This document shows positions 1-9,586 of a DNA stretch of 64,000 nucleotides, piece by piece. The notes beneath the pieces are model-generated. The model made no database searches. It saw only the letters and a program-made list of their open reading frames with translations, and was not told the origin of the DNA. Source of the stretch: a virus; the IMG/VR virus record IMGVR_UViG_3300046002_008717, positions 47,729 to 111,728 of that record; one strand, written 5' to 3'. Position 1 is the first letter of the stretch. The number at the start of each line of letters is the position of its first letter. The translations under genes were made by a program, and so were the position numbers.

Positions 1-720
1 TATAGTTTCCCTACTATTTTTAAATAGCGTTATTTTGCCATCATTATTTGCTATATTATCAACAACTACGATTTTATCCGAATCTTTAGAAAAATATTCA
101 TAATAAAATGTTTCTAAACAAAGACCCTTTAAATGTGAAGTTCTATCGATCCAATCTCGCTTGGAAATAAATTTAGGTATGGTTGATAGATAAAAATCTA
201 AATTCATATAGAAATATAATGTTTGATAACCGTTGAATGAATTTAGACGTAAATCTTCGAAATAAGCTTTTTTATTTAATTCGACCATTGATTTATCAAA
301 CTCTATTAAAACCTCTATGTCACCATCATTTAAAATAGAATCACCTACAAAAAAATGTATATTATCGTATCCTAATTGTTTCAAATATATAAAATTCTTA
401 TCAAATTGTCTTATTATTGAATATGTTACATCAAATGTATTAATGCCCTTACCTACTAGTTTAAAATTTTTTGTTGTATATGTTTGGTTTGAAAAGATAT
501 TCATTTTTTTGCTATCCAATATTTCTTGGAATGTGATTATATCGTTTTCATTATTATACAGCGAAAATGTACATATTTCTTGTATGCGTTCATCTATAGG
601 TACTAATGATGTATAAATAACATCTTTACCAGTCTTTTTTAATTGCGATATACAATCTAGTACTATATTAACTTTTTCTTCAGTATCTGCCCAAAAATTA
701 ACTACTATACAATTTTTCAT
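1..720 (-). CDS. Putative glycosyltransferase-like protein, partial (runs off the window)
   Basis: ATG at 720 on the minus strand: MKNCIVVNFWADTEEKVNIVLDCISQLKKTGKDVIYTSLVPID... The frame is also open at the window start. Resembles the C-terminal domain of 2291..4276 (GIIITTYPDTIKRKNLTLDCINSFKKLNRKIILVSHYP). Absent from the ORF track, presumably because it has no stop in the window. Confidence 0.6.
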   Translation of the reverse strand, partial: MKNCIVVNFWADTEEKVNIVLDCISQLKKTGKDVIYTSLVPIDERIQEICTFSLYNNENDIITFQEILDSKKMNIFSNQTYTTKNFKLVGKGINTFDVTYSIIRQFDKNFIYLKQLGYDNIHFFVGDSILNDGDIEVLIEFDKSMVELNKKAYFEDLRLNSFNGYQTLYFYMNLDFYLSTIPKFISKRDWIDRTSHLKGLCLETFYYEYFSKDSDKIVVVDNIANNDGKITLFKNSRETI

Positions 721-726
721 TTTTTA

Positions 727-1143
727 TTAATGCTCTAAGTTATTTCTCATCGTTATACACTCATTTATAAATCCATTTCTTTCATAAAAATTAACTCTAT
801 CAGGAAAACATGAAAGTATAACCTTATAGCAACCAAGATCTTTTGCTTTTTTTATTAATGCATCTAGTAATTTGCTACCTATATCGTTTCCTCTATATTT
901 TTCTCTAATAGCGACATCCTCTATTAAACCTGCTATTCCCCCGTTACGTATTAATTTATTTTCTATGTGTAAAATGCCTGTTCCTATTATATCATTTTCA
1001 TGTTCAACCACTAACATATGGTTATTATTGGATAGAAAGCTATTAAGTGTAAAATCGCTTATTTCTGAAATAGACCAAACCTCTTTATATGTTTCTAATA
1101 GCCCATTATCTATATCCTCTTTTTTAAAATCTCTAATTATCAT
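727..1143 (-). CDS. GNAT N-acetyltransferase, glucosamine-6-phosphate N-acetyltransferase (GNA1)-like
   Basis: Motifs IENKLIRNGG.AGLIEDVAIREKYRG..IG, GCYKVILSC and FYERNGF are typical of GNA1-type GNATs. Confidence 0.8.
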   Translation of the reverse strand: MIIRDFKKEDIDNGLLETYKEVWSISEISDFTLNSFLSNNNHMLVVEHENDIIGTGILHIENKLIRNGGIAGLIEDVAIREKYRGNDIGSKLLDALIKKAKDLGCYKVILSCFPDRVNFYERNGFINECITMRNNLEH

Positions 1144-2294
1144 ATGTATAATTTATATCCTTCTATTACTTTATTAGCTACGTATTTTACCTCATCATCA
1201 GATAATTTCATATGCAAAGGTAATGATATTATTTCCTCGCTTATCCCATGTGAATATGGACAAGTTCCATACCCATCGCTATACATTTTATAATGGGTAT
1301 TATCTCTATAATGAACTCCTGGATATATGTTTTGTGTATTTAGATATTCCATGATTTTATTTCTATTTGGAACTACAATCTGATATAAATGTCTAGATGA
1401 AACTATAGTTTCTTTACTAGTCTTTATAGATTTTATTGCAGTATTTTTAAAGAAATCATCATATAGTGAACATATTTTTCGTCTTCTTATATTATCATCT
1501 TCCAGATATTTCAATCCAACTATTCCCATGGAAGCCATTATAGAATTTCCGTGATATTTATAACCAACATCAACTAATTCATATTCCCATTTATAGCTTC
1601 CCTTATCATTGGTTCTTTGATACGTATCCTTGTCTATACCAAGCCAAGATAGTTTTCTTGCTACTGAATCATAGTCATCATTTTTAAAACATATCATACC
1701 AGAATCAGCAGTTGGCAAATTCTTAACTGCTTGAAAGCTAAATATAGTAACGTCAGCATTATCACCTATATGAACAACATCCCCTTTATAATCTAATATT
1801 CTTGTCCCCGCCATATGTGCAGCATCCAGAATCAATTTGATCTTGTATTTTTTACATATATCTACAATTTTAGAATATTGCCCTGCATTTCCACCCATGC
1901 CTACAAATAAAACGGCTTTTGTTTTCTTTGTAATTCTTTTTTCTACTGATTCAGGATCCAAACATAAAAATTCATCCACATCAGCAAATATAGGTTTTAA
2001 ATTCTCGTATAATATTGCATGATTGGTTGATATAAATGTTAATGGGGTTGTAATAATTTCATCACCATCTGACCATTTATTAGCATCTTTCAATATCTTA
2101 ACAGCCAGATGTAATCCGGAAGTATTAGAATTTAAAAAATGCGCATTTGGTAGATTTGTGTATTTTTTCCAAGCTTCCTCAAACTCTATAGTTTTATAAC
2201 CTAATCCAGTCCATCCTTTATCTAAACATTCATTAATCTGTTCAGTAATTTCCTCGTTTCTAAAATAAGGAACAAATAAATTTATATTATTCAT
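1140..2294 (-). CDS. DegT/DnrJ/EryC1/StrS-family PLP-dependent sugar aminotransferase
   Basis: NSNTSGLHLA, GDEIITTPLTF, DAAH, SFQAVKNL (PLP lysine), GYKY, ISLPLH. Confidence 0.93.
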   Translation of the reverse strand: MNNINLFVPYFRNEEITEQINECLDKGWTGLGYKTIEFEEAWKKYTNLPNAHFLNSNTSGLHLAVKILKDANKWSDGDEIITTPLTFISTNHAILYENLKPIFADVDEFLCLDPESVEKRITKKTKAVLFVGMGGNAGQYSKIVDICKKYKIKLILDAAHMAGTRILDYKGDVVHIGDNADVTIFSFQAVKNLPTADSGMICFKNDDYDSVARKLSWLGIDKDTYQRTNDKGSYKWEYELVDVGYKYHGNSIMASMGIVGLKYLEDDNIRRRKICSLYDDFFKNTAIKSIKTSKETIVSSRHLYQIVVPNRNKIMEYLNTQNIYPGVHYRDNTHYKMYSDGYGTCPYSHGISEEIISLPLHMKLSDDEVKYVANKVIEGYKLYI

Positions 2295-4276
2295 ATATTC
2301 TCTTTTAACATCCCATTATTATAATGATGAGATACTGTTTCATTATTTAGTTTATAATTTTCTTTTTTGTATACATTTTCTCCATCATAGAATAATACAT
2401 TGATATCAATTGGTATATTTCTATATTCAATTTTTTTAACATATTCCCTAGTTTCTGATATTTTTATTCTTTCGTTAAATATTTTAATCTCATTCTCTAA
2501 TATGGTAATTTCTAATTCCTTTTCATCTAAATTGTAAGTAAAAAAATAAAAAGCCCATATATTAGTCGAATCATTTACCGGTATAAGCGAAAAATATTCA
2601 GAATTGGACGAAACTCCTAATCCAGAATTTGGAAGAATAGTTCTTTCGTCGTTATTGACGATCCAAAGTAATTCTTCATCCTTTAAAATCCTCATGAAAT
2701 AATCTTCTAAAAAATTCTGACATCCCAATTCAATACATAGGTTATTAAATATATCGCCATCTCTAATATCACTAAATATTTCTAGAAAATAGTTGGTCCT
2801 AAATACCATCGATGTCGTTTCTATGCCTTCACCTAAATCCGTATTCATTTTGGATAAACAACATTTCCAATTATTATCTAATTTATCAAAATACCCATTA
2901 ATTAATTCAATATCAAGATCATTTAAAATCACATCATAGGTTACTGTCATAACTTTAGATATTCCTAATTGTTTAGCTAGCAGCATACCATTATAAAGAT
3001 TTATAAAAGCAGCTAATGATTGATTCGGTTTCTTTGAGTTGTTTATATTAATTTCTGCTCTATACTTTTCAGTATTGCTATAGAATTTATTATAATATGA
3101 ATTTGGAATCATCATATTATTTTTATCGTATATGTAATAATCTACCTCTTTTTGTATTTCCAACGAAACCGGGTAATGAGAAACCAATATAATTTTTCTA
3201 TTTAGTTTTTTAAAACTATTGATGCAATCGAGAGTTAAATTTTTTCTTTTTATCGTATCAGGATACGTAGTTATTATAATCCCCTCTGATTCTTCTATAT
3301 TTTCGTATGAATCATTTATTTTTTCTGGTTTTATGATTCTTAATAAAATTTCAATATCTTTTTCAATATCACCAGTTATGAAACTAATATTTTCATAATT
3401 ATCATATTTACTACAATACACATCCAAATTATACATTAACATAGGTATTTTATACTCAAGAGCTTCCTTTAATGCAATTGGATTCAATTCCTTATTATTT
3501 CGATCCCCTTTAGATGCAAAGAAAAATAAATCGCTTGCCTCTATGAACGAAGGTACATCCTTTCTTTCACCCCATAATATACAATTATCTGGTTTATCAT
3601 CTAATAATGGCTTCCAGTAACTTTTGAAATTATCTGCTTGGTTTCCTAAAAAATGAAATTTTATTTTATATTCTTCCAATCTTCTTGCAATTTCAAACAC
3701 ATAGGATTGATTTTTTCTTTCCGTAAATAAACCTACATTCAATACGTGTTTATATGTGGGATCAAATTCTAAAATTCTTTGATTTTTTTGTTTATCCGGA
3801 TTTTTATAATCTACTGGATATTCTACTATTTCATAAGGGATATCATATATCGAATATCTGAATCCATTAAATGCACTTACGAATATAAATTTATCGGGAA
3901 AAAATCTTTTTGATGTTACAGGAAAACTCGAATCGTGAGTAGTTTCTAATATAGTATAGGATCTATCACTTTTATAAATTAATTTTGTTATATTATCATC
4001 CATGAAAAATTCTGGAAATTCCTCCATACTAATCACATCAGGCTTAAATTCATCAATTATATCTAGTAAGCGATTCTTATTATCACCAAGTGAATGAAAA
4101 TTGGATCCCAGTAATTTTTCTACTTGATTACGTTGTATAACAAAAGCAAAACCAAAAAAATCATATTCTACACATTTTATAATATAGTTATCATTTAATA
4201 ACTTTATTTTATTTAGAGTTACTTGAGGGGCACCTCCTGTACTAAGATGAGGAGTTATTACTAATATTTTTTTCAT
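2291..4276 (-). CDS. Two-domain glycosyltransferase (N-terminal GT-B/GT4-like domain plus a second putative GT domain)
   Basis: HLSTGGAPQ, NVGLFTERKNQ and ELNPIALKEAL (GT4 E-x7-E-like motif). The C-terminal half is paralogous to the 1..720 protein. Confidence 0.8.
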   Translation of the reverse strand: MKKILVITPHLSTGGAPQVTLNKIKLLNDNYIIKCVEYDFFGFAFVIQRNQVEKLLGSNFHSLGDNKNRLLDIIDEFKPDVISMEEFPEFFMDDNITKLIYKSDRSYTILETTHDSSFPVTSKRFFPDKFIFVSAFNGFRYSIYDIPYEIVEYPVDYKNPDKQKNQRILEFDPTYKHVLNVGLFTERKNQSYVFEIARRLEEYKIKFHFLGNQADNFKSYWKPLLDDKPDNCILWGERKDVPSFIEASDLFFFASKGDRNNKELNPIALKEALEYKIPMLMYNLDVYCSKYDNYENISFITGDIEKDIEILLRIIKPEKINDSYENIEESEGIIITTYPDTIKRKNLTLDCINSFKKLNRKIILVSHYPVSLEIQKEVDYYIYDKNNMMIPNSYYNKFYSNTEKYRAEININNSKKPNQSLAAFINLYNGMLLAKQLGISKVMTVTYDVILNDLDIELINGYFDKLDNNWKCCLSKMNTDLGEGIETTSMVFRTNYFLEIFSDIRDGDIFNNLCIELGCQNFLEDYFMRILKDEELLWIVNNDERTILPNSGLGVSSNSEYFSLIPVNDSTNIWAFYFFTYNLDEKELEITILENEIKIFNERIKISETREYVKKIEYRNIPIDINVLFYDGENVYKKENYKLNNETVSHHYNNGMLKENI

Positions 4277-4296
4277 GTATCTATTATAATAAAGTT

Positions 4297-4324
4297 ATTA
4301 TACATTTTAATGGCATATTGTTTC
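4297..4324 (-). promoter_or_regulatory. Putative middle-type promoter GAAAC-N17-TATAAT for the glycosylation operon
   Basis: Minus strand reads GAAAC aatatgccattaaaatg TATAAT, ~20 nt upstream of the ATG at 4276. Same architecture as at 36177 and 18311. Confidence 0.6.
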
Positions 4325-4359
4325 TTATATTGGCAGGTAAAACTAGTTATATTATATTT

Positions 4360-4367
4360 GATATATA
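4360..4367 (+). promoter_or_regulatory. Putative late promoter GATATATA
   Basis: Exact motif 18 nt upstream of ATG 4386; one of 12 copies found upstream of gene starts. Confidence 0.7.
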
Positions 4368-4385
4368 AAAGAAAGTAGTAATTAA

Positions 4386-6899
4386 ATGGCTTTCTATCCT
4401 GAAAATAAAATACCAAAAACTGGAGCTCCTGTTTATAACGGTAACGGCGAACAATATATTATTTCTGATCCTAGATATTCCTATCATGACGGATTACAAA
4501 ATACTGACAAAATAAAGAAATCATCTAGCGATAATATATATGATACCACTGGTGGAGCTAATGCTAGAGCTAAACAAATAGGATGTTCAGGTTACCACGA
4601 AACCCTGATAGACGGTATTAAGTACTATATGCCTTGCGAAAATGTAGATTCTTATGATTTACGTATAGAGCAACTAGATAGTGCCTTAAACTTCACTTAT
4701 ATAGGTAACTATAGGGTATTATCATGGGATAAACCTTTTGAAAACGTATCATTGTATAAGGGATGGATTATTGATGCATCACATAGCAATAGTGCTGAAC
4801 CTGTATTGGACGCAGATGATATTTCAATAGAATTTAGATATAGCATAGATGGAAAAACCTGGTCGTTATGGGTTAATGTAGGAACTGCGCTAATGGGTCT
4901 TACTAATGAATTTTCATTAATAGATGAAATAGTACTAGATCCAAGTAATAAATTTTATCCTGAATTTAGATTCACATCAGTTATAAAGGATGCTAATGGA
5001 TCAAATATTTATGATCAAGGTGATGTAATAGATCCTTCCATAGTTATAGTTGCTTTTAATTTAGATTTAACCTATGCTGCTGCTCAAGAAATTCCTATCA
5101 ATAGACCATCTATCATATGCTCAAATGAGGTTTCAAACAGACCTGTAATTTTCTCCGATTGTAATTTTACATTTAATCCATATGCTGTAAACAAAGCACT
5201 AAACCTATATCAGGATTTAAGTTCTATGGTTAATAAAATATTTGGACTAGATGCAAATTATTATTCTATTCAGCCACAAGGTAGAGGGAAAGATGTAATA
5301 TTAAAGGAATATACACTTTTTGATGTTGTCGAGGAAAAATGCGTCAAGGTAATGCTAAACCAAAACCAATTCCCTGATAATAAAATAAACTTTGATCCAT
5401 TCGGAACAAATTATCAGGAGCCATTTGAAATACAGATGGATAAATTATATTTTGAATCTATTTTTGGAAAGGGATCACAACCAAGAAAGAGAGATATCAT
5501 ATATTTCCCAATGACTAATAGAATATATGAAATAAATGCTACGTATTTATTCAGAGATTTTATGAATGCACCAGTATATTTTAAAATGGAAATCAAAAAA
5601 TATACGCCAAAAAGTAATACATATTTTAAAGATCCTACACTTAAGGAGGAGCTCGATGGAATAATGATCACCACCAGAGACCTTTTTGGAGCTGATGTTA
5701 CGGATGAAGAATTGAAGATAACAAACCCTCAGCAATATGCTACTACTATAAATCAAATGTCTCAAGATCCAATTAGATCCTATGTATATAAAAATCTTGC
5801 TAATATAGGATATGATTTAAATAATAATTGGACTATAGTTTTTAATAATTATTATGACATGTCAACATCATTTAATGATGATATCGATTTTATAGCAGAA
5901 CCACATAAATATAGAACTGCAATAGGATATAAGGTATTGCCGAAATTAGCAGCATCTGAGGAATTAGCATATACTGCTTGGTTTAGTATTAAGGATCTCT
6001 ATGACAATAACCAGATGTTGAAGCGTCCATTCCCAATTATAAATATGGTACTAGAATCATATGACAGTGATTTTCTATATTTCGATACAACACCCAAAAA
6101 ACACAGACTGGAAAAATGGCTGAATTACGATAGTAATCCTGAGGGATATGTATCAATAAGTGGGGATCTAACACATACGGGAGGATATCACGTAATCGAT
6201 ATTATAGATGATTATAAATTTAAAGTCGAAAATCTTAATATCGATTTTGATAATGACCTACCAATACCATGGAAAATGCAAAAAGCACAGTCCAGAAACT
6301 TAATAAGCGGTATCATGGGAGGTACAGGCGGTACAGGAGGAACAGAAGCTAATATTGGTACCGGATTTAGAATTGACATAGTACACTCCGGTATAATAGA
6401 TGAAAACAATAATCCATTTTTGGGTGAGGGTAGTCTTATTATAAAATTGAATGATAAAATAATAAATTCACCATTACAATTTAAGCCTGTATTGGGTGAT
6501 TGGTATGGTTTGGTTGTAAATTTTTCCAATGTATATAAACAAATAGCCATGAATATATGGGGTATGTCATATGATCCAACATCAACTGGCGAACAATCAA
6601 GTAAATTAATAAAAATACATGATGATGCCAGATTAATAAAAGATCCAATTATATTTAATCACACTTCTAGTATAAATAGAGATAATGATAGTCCATTCTA
6701 TGGTGACGATACAAATGGATATAAAATATATACTAGTCCAATTTATTTAACTAATATAAGATTATTTAAGAATATGATAGATATAGATAACCAATCAGCT
6801 GTATTAAATCAGAATATAGTTAGAGATTCGCATCTTTCTCATATAATAGATAATGCTAAACCTCTTCTCTCTATTCCTAAATTTGCAAGAAATAAATAA
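4386..6899 (+). CDS. Neck/head-closure protein (T4 gp14-like domain) with long extensions
   Basis: Central FG...EPFEIQMDKLYFESIFG...PRKRDIIYFPMTNRIYEI...YFKMEIKKY resembles gp14 (P..GDLIYFP...FEI). Located upstream of terminase and sheath. Confidence 0.6.
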   Translation: MAFYPENKIPKTGAPVYNGNGEQYIISDPRYSYHDGLQNTDKIKKSSSDNIYDTTGGANARAKQIGCSGYHETLIDGIKYYMPCENVDSYDLRIEQLDSALNFTYIGNYRVLSWDKPFENVSLYKGWIIDASHSNSAEPVLDADDISIEFRYSIDGKTWSLWVNVGTALMGLTNEFSLIDEIVLDPSNKFYPEFRFTSVIKDANGSNIYDQGDVIDPSIVIVAFNLDLTYAAAQEIPINRPSIICSNEVSNRPVIFSDCNFTFNPYAVNKALNLYQDLSSMVNKIFGLDANYYSIQPQGRGKDVILKEYTLFDVVEEKCVKVMLNQNQFPDNKINFDPFGTNYQEPFEIQMDKLYFESIFGKGSQPRKRDIIYFPMTNRIYEINATYLFRDFMNAPVYFKMEIKKYTPKSNTYFKDPTLKEELDGIMITTRDLFGADVTDEELKITNPQQYATTINQMSQDPIRSYVYKNLANIGYDLNNNWTIVFNNYYDMSTSFNDDIDFIAEPHKYRTAIGYKVLPKLAASEELAYTAWFSIKDLYDNNQMLKRPFPIINMVLESYDSDFLYFDTTPKKHRLEKWLNYDSNPEGYVSISGDLTHTGGYHVIDIIDDYKFKVENLNIDFDNDLPIPWKMQKAQSRNLISGIMGGTGGTGGTEANIGTGFRIDIVHSGIIDENNNPFLGEGSLIIKLNDKIINSPLQFKPVLGDWYGLVVNFSNVYKQIAMNIWGMSYDPTSTGEQSSKLIKIHDDARLIKDPIIFNHTSSINRDNDSPFYGDDTNGYKIYTSPIYLTNIRLFKNMIDIDNQSAVLNQNIVRDSHLSHIIDNAKPLLSIPKFARNK

Positions 6900-6901
6900 A
6901 T

Positions 6902-7678
6902 ATGCCAAGAAGAAAGCCAAAACCAGAAAAAGTAATACAAGAAAGGATAAAAGAGAATCTGGATTCTATTCTAATAGACGAATCGAGGGATAGTATGATA
7001 GATATGAATTTCCAAGATTTGCCTAGGGTAAAAATATCAGACATGATGAATATTACCGATGAGCAAGCTACTGCTGCATCAGTTGCTAAGCAATTATTGG
7101 ATTCTATTGCTAATTTTTATACCGATCTTGCTGATGATGAAAGCTCACATGTAGCATGGAAGAAAAAAGTCGATGCAGTAAATATATCTGCCATGATGTT
7201 TCAATTGAAATCTGCACAACATGCGATTACAAAAATATTAGAAGAAATAGACTATGGTAATACAGATGTAAAATTATTTGCAGTTCTTGCACAATTACAA
7301 GCTCAGATAATGCAGATGCCAAAAGATTATCAATCATATATGGAAAAAATGGAGATTAATTATAAGAAATCCAGAACAGAAATTGACGATAAGAAAGCAG
7401 CAAATGCAAGCATAATTACAGATGGAACACAGGAATACACATCTTCGCATATTACAAGCGATGGTGGAATTAGATCTAGAGGAACCAGAGGTATAATGGA
7501 AGGTCTTAGAGAAATAATGGGAACAGAGGTTATCGATATCAGAGCTGAAGTAGTTGATGCTAATGCATTAGTAAATGCTAAACAAAAAAAAGTGATGGAT
7601 TTATCTAATCCATCTAATAAGAACGCGGATTTTGATGAGAATTCCAGTGATTATATAGTAGATTCTGATCTATTTTAA
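6902..7678 (+). CDS. Hypothetical helical protein, possible small terminase subunit
   Basis: 258-aa ORF immediately upstream of the large terminase (gp16 position). Function inferred from synteny only. Confidence 0.4.
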   Translation: MPRRKPKPEKVIQERIKENLDSILIDESRDSMIDMNFQDLPRVKISDMMNITDEQATAASVAKQLLDSIANFYTDLADDESSHVAWKKKVDAVNISAMMFQLKSAQHAITKILEEIDYGNTDVKLFAVLAQLQAQIMQMPKDYQSYMEKMEINYKKSRTEIDDKKAANASIITDGTQEYTSSHITSDGGIRSRGTRGIMEGLREIMGTEVIDIRAEVVDANALVNAKQKKVMDLSNPSNKNADFDENSSDYIVDSDLF

Positions 7679-7687
7679 GATATAAAT

Positions 7688-9508
7688 ATGGCTAACGTTG
7701 CACTAAATAATACAATAGAAACAACATCCTGGACAACAGCAAAAATAAACGAACTGCTAAGGAAGGTTGATGAAGACGGTATAGATTTTAAGGATATTGA
7801 TAATCCATTTCATGATAACGATCCTGAATTAAAAAGAGCCAAGGTTCTATGGGAATATACAAATGAGGAAATAATCGAAATAGAGAAATGTGCTAAGGAT
7901 GTTACATACTTTGCAAAATATTGTAAGGTAATGATGGATGAGGGTTTAGATTATATACACCTTAGAGATTATCAAGAATCAGTACTTAGAGAATATCAAT
8001 CCAATAGATTTAATATATTTTTAGCACCCAGACAGGTTGGTAAATCAATAACATCATCAATAATTTTAGTTTGGTATCTTTTATTTAATCACGATAAAAA
8101 TGCAATGATTCTAGCGAATGTTGGGGATACTGCAGAAGAATTAATGGATAAGATAAAATCCATCATAAAAGGACTTCCTTTCTTTTTAAAACCTGGAATG
8201 TTGGTTAATAATGTAATGTCCATGAGATTTGATAATGGATGTAGGGTAATTGCCAAAACTACAACAAAAACATCAGGTATTGGATTTACTATACACTTTC
8301 TTTATATGGATGAGTTTGCTCACATTAACGAGAATTTTATAGAAGCTTTCTTTAGATCCACATATCCAACTGTATCATCATCCAAGGTATCCCGTATCAT
8401 CATAACATCAACTCCCAATGGGATGAATAAATTTTATGATATTTATAAAGCTGCTTTAGATGGGGAAAACTCATTTAATCCTATTAGAGTAGATTGGTGG
8501 CAGGTTCCTGGCAGGGACGAAGCATGGAAACAGGTAGAAATTGGGAATCTTGGTAGTGAAGAATTATTCAATCAGGAATATGGTAATCAATTTCTTAGTT
8601 CCTCGAATCTTTTATTAGGTTCGGAAGAACTTAAAAAAATAAAAGCGAATGAAACCGAATATACATGGCGAGAGATAAGCGATTTACATTATGCTGATGT
8701 TAATTATGAAAAATTAATATGGCATCCCAAATTTGATATTGACACGTGCAATTCTCCTGGAAATAAGTTTGTATTAACCATAGATCTAAGTGAGGGTGCT
8801 AAAGGTGATTATACTGTTATAAATATATTCAAAGTTACTCCACTACCAAAATACATAATAGATAAAATAATAGAATTTGAAGATGAATCGGATTTTTTCG
8901 GTTTACTACAGGTTGGTATATTTAGGGATAATACAATTAAACTCGAAGACATAGCAAAAATCATTTATATATTAGCAGAAAGTGTAATTAGCGTGGATAG
9001 AGTAAAGATAGCTATAGAAATGAATTATAAGGGTGAATTATTATACGATAGACTTAATAATAGGGAAGAATTTTTTGATGAAATGTTTTTGTATACAAAA
9101 CATACAGAAGCAGCAAGAATAATGAAGATCGGAATAAAATACAACGAAAAAAACAAATTGAAGTATTGCGAGTTACTAAGAAGTCTAATAAAAGAAAATC
9201 GGTTATTCATAAACGAAAAAAAATGGACAATACCCGAGTTATTTACATTTGGGATGAATAAGTCAGGTACATATTCAAGTCAAAGTGGACACGATGATGT
9301 TGCCATGACGCTAGTAAATCTACCGGCATTAATGGACGGAAGCGATTTCAACCAAATGGTCAGTGACATTTTTGACGAAATGGAGGATAGTGTATATAAG
9401 GATATGATTATTGCAAAATTGGAAGGGGAATTACCATCAGATGAAGACATGAGAGATTTTTCTACCAAACAAGGACAGAGCTATAAGGATTTCAGTAAAC
9501 TATTATAA
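7688..9508 (+). CDS. Terminase large subunit (T4 gp17-like)
   Basis: LRDYQ, Walker A APRQVGKS, Walker B YMDEFAH, TSTPNG; nuclease motifs IDLSEG.KGDY and HDDVAM. Confidence 0.95.
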   Translation: MANVALNNTIETTSWTTAKINELLRKVDEDGIDFKDIDNPFHDNDPELKRAKVLWEYTNEEIIEIEKCAKDVTYFAKYCKVMMDEGLDYIHLRDYQESVLREYQSNRFNIFLAPRQVGKSITSSIILVWYLLFNHDKNAMILANVGDTAEELMDKIKSIIKGLPFFLKPGMLVNNVMSMRFDNGCRVIAKTTTKTSGIGFTIHFLYMDEFAHINENFIEAFFRSTYPTVSSSKVSRIIITSTPNGMNKFYDIYKAALDGENSFNPIRVDWWQVPGRDEAWKQVEIGNLGSEELFNQEYGNQFLSSSNLLLGSEELKKIKANETEYTWREISDLHYADVNYEKLIWHPKFDIDTCNSPGNKFVLTIDLSEGAKGDYTVINIFKVTPLPKYIIDKIIEFEDESDFFGLLQVGIFRDNTIKLEDIAKIIYILAESVISVDRVKIAIEMNYKGELLYDRLNNREEFFDEMFLYTKHTEAARIMKIGIKYNEKNKLKYCELLRSLIKENRLFINEKKWTIPELFTFGMNKSGTYSSQSGHDDVAMTLVNLPALMDGSDFNQMVSDIFDEMEDSVYKDMIIAKLEGELPSDEDMRDFSTKQGQSYKDFSKLL

Positions 9509-9549
9509 CCATATAAATACGATAGCTACGATATTTCTATTACTTTTTT

Positions 9550-9557
9550 GATATATA
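9550..9557 (+). promoter_or_regulatory. Putative late promoter GATATATA
   Basis: Exact motif in the intergenic region upstream of the sheath ATG at 9587. Confidence 0.7.
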
Positions 9558-9586
9558 GTACAGAAGTAAAAATATATTGAAAAATA

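Noticed and set aside
317-2022. Short + strand ORFs opposite the sugar operon, and the many short minus-strand ORFs throughout the window
   Set aside because: They overlap well-supported genes on the opposite strand and have no recognisable motifs.
7688-9508. Intron or intein in terminase (also checked ligase and capsid genes)
   Set aside because: The ORFs are continuous and of expected size, with no intein or homing-endonuclease motifs seen.
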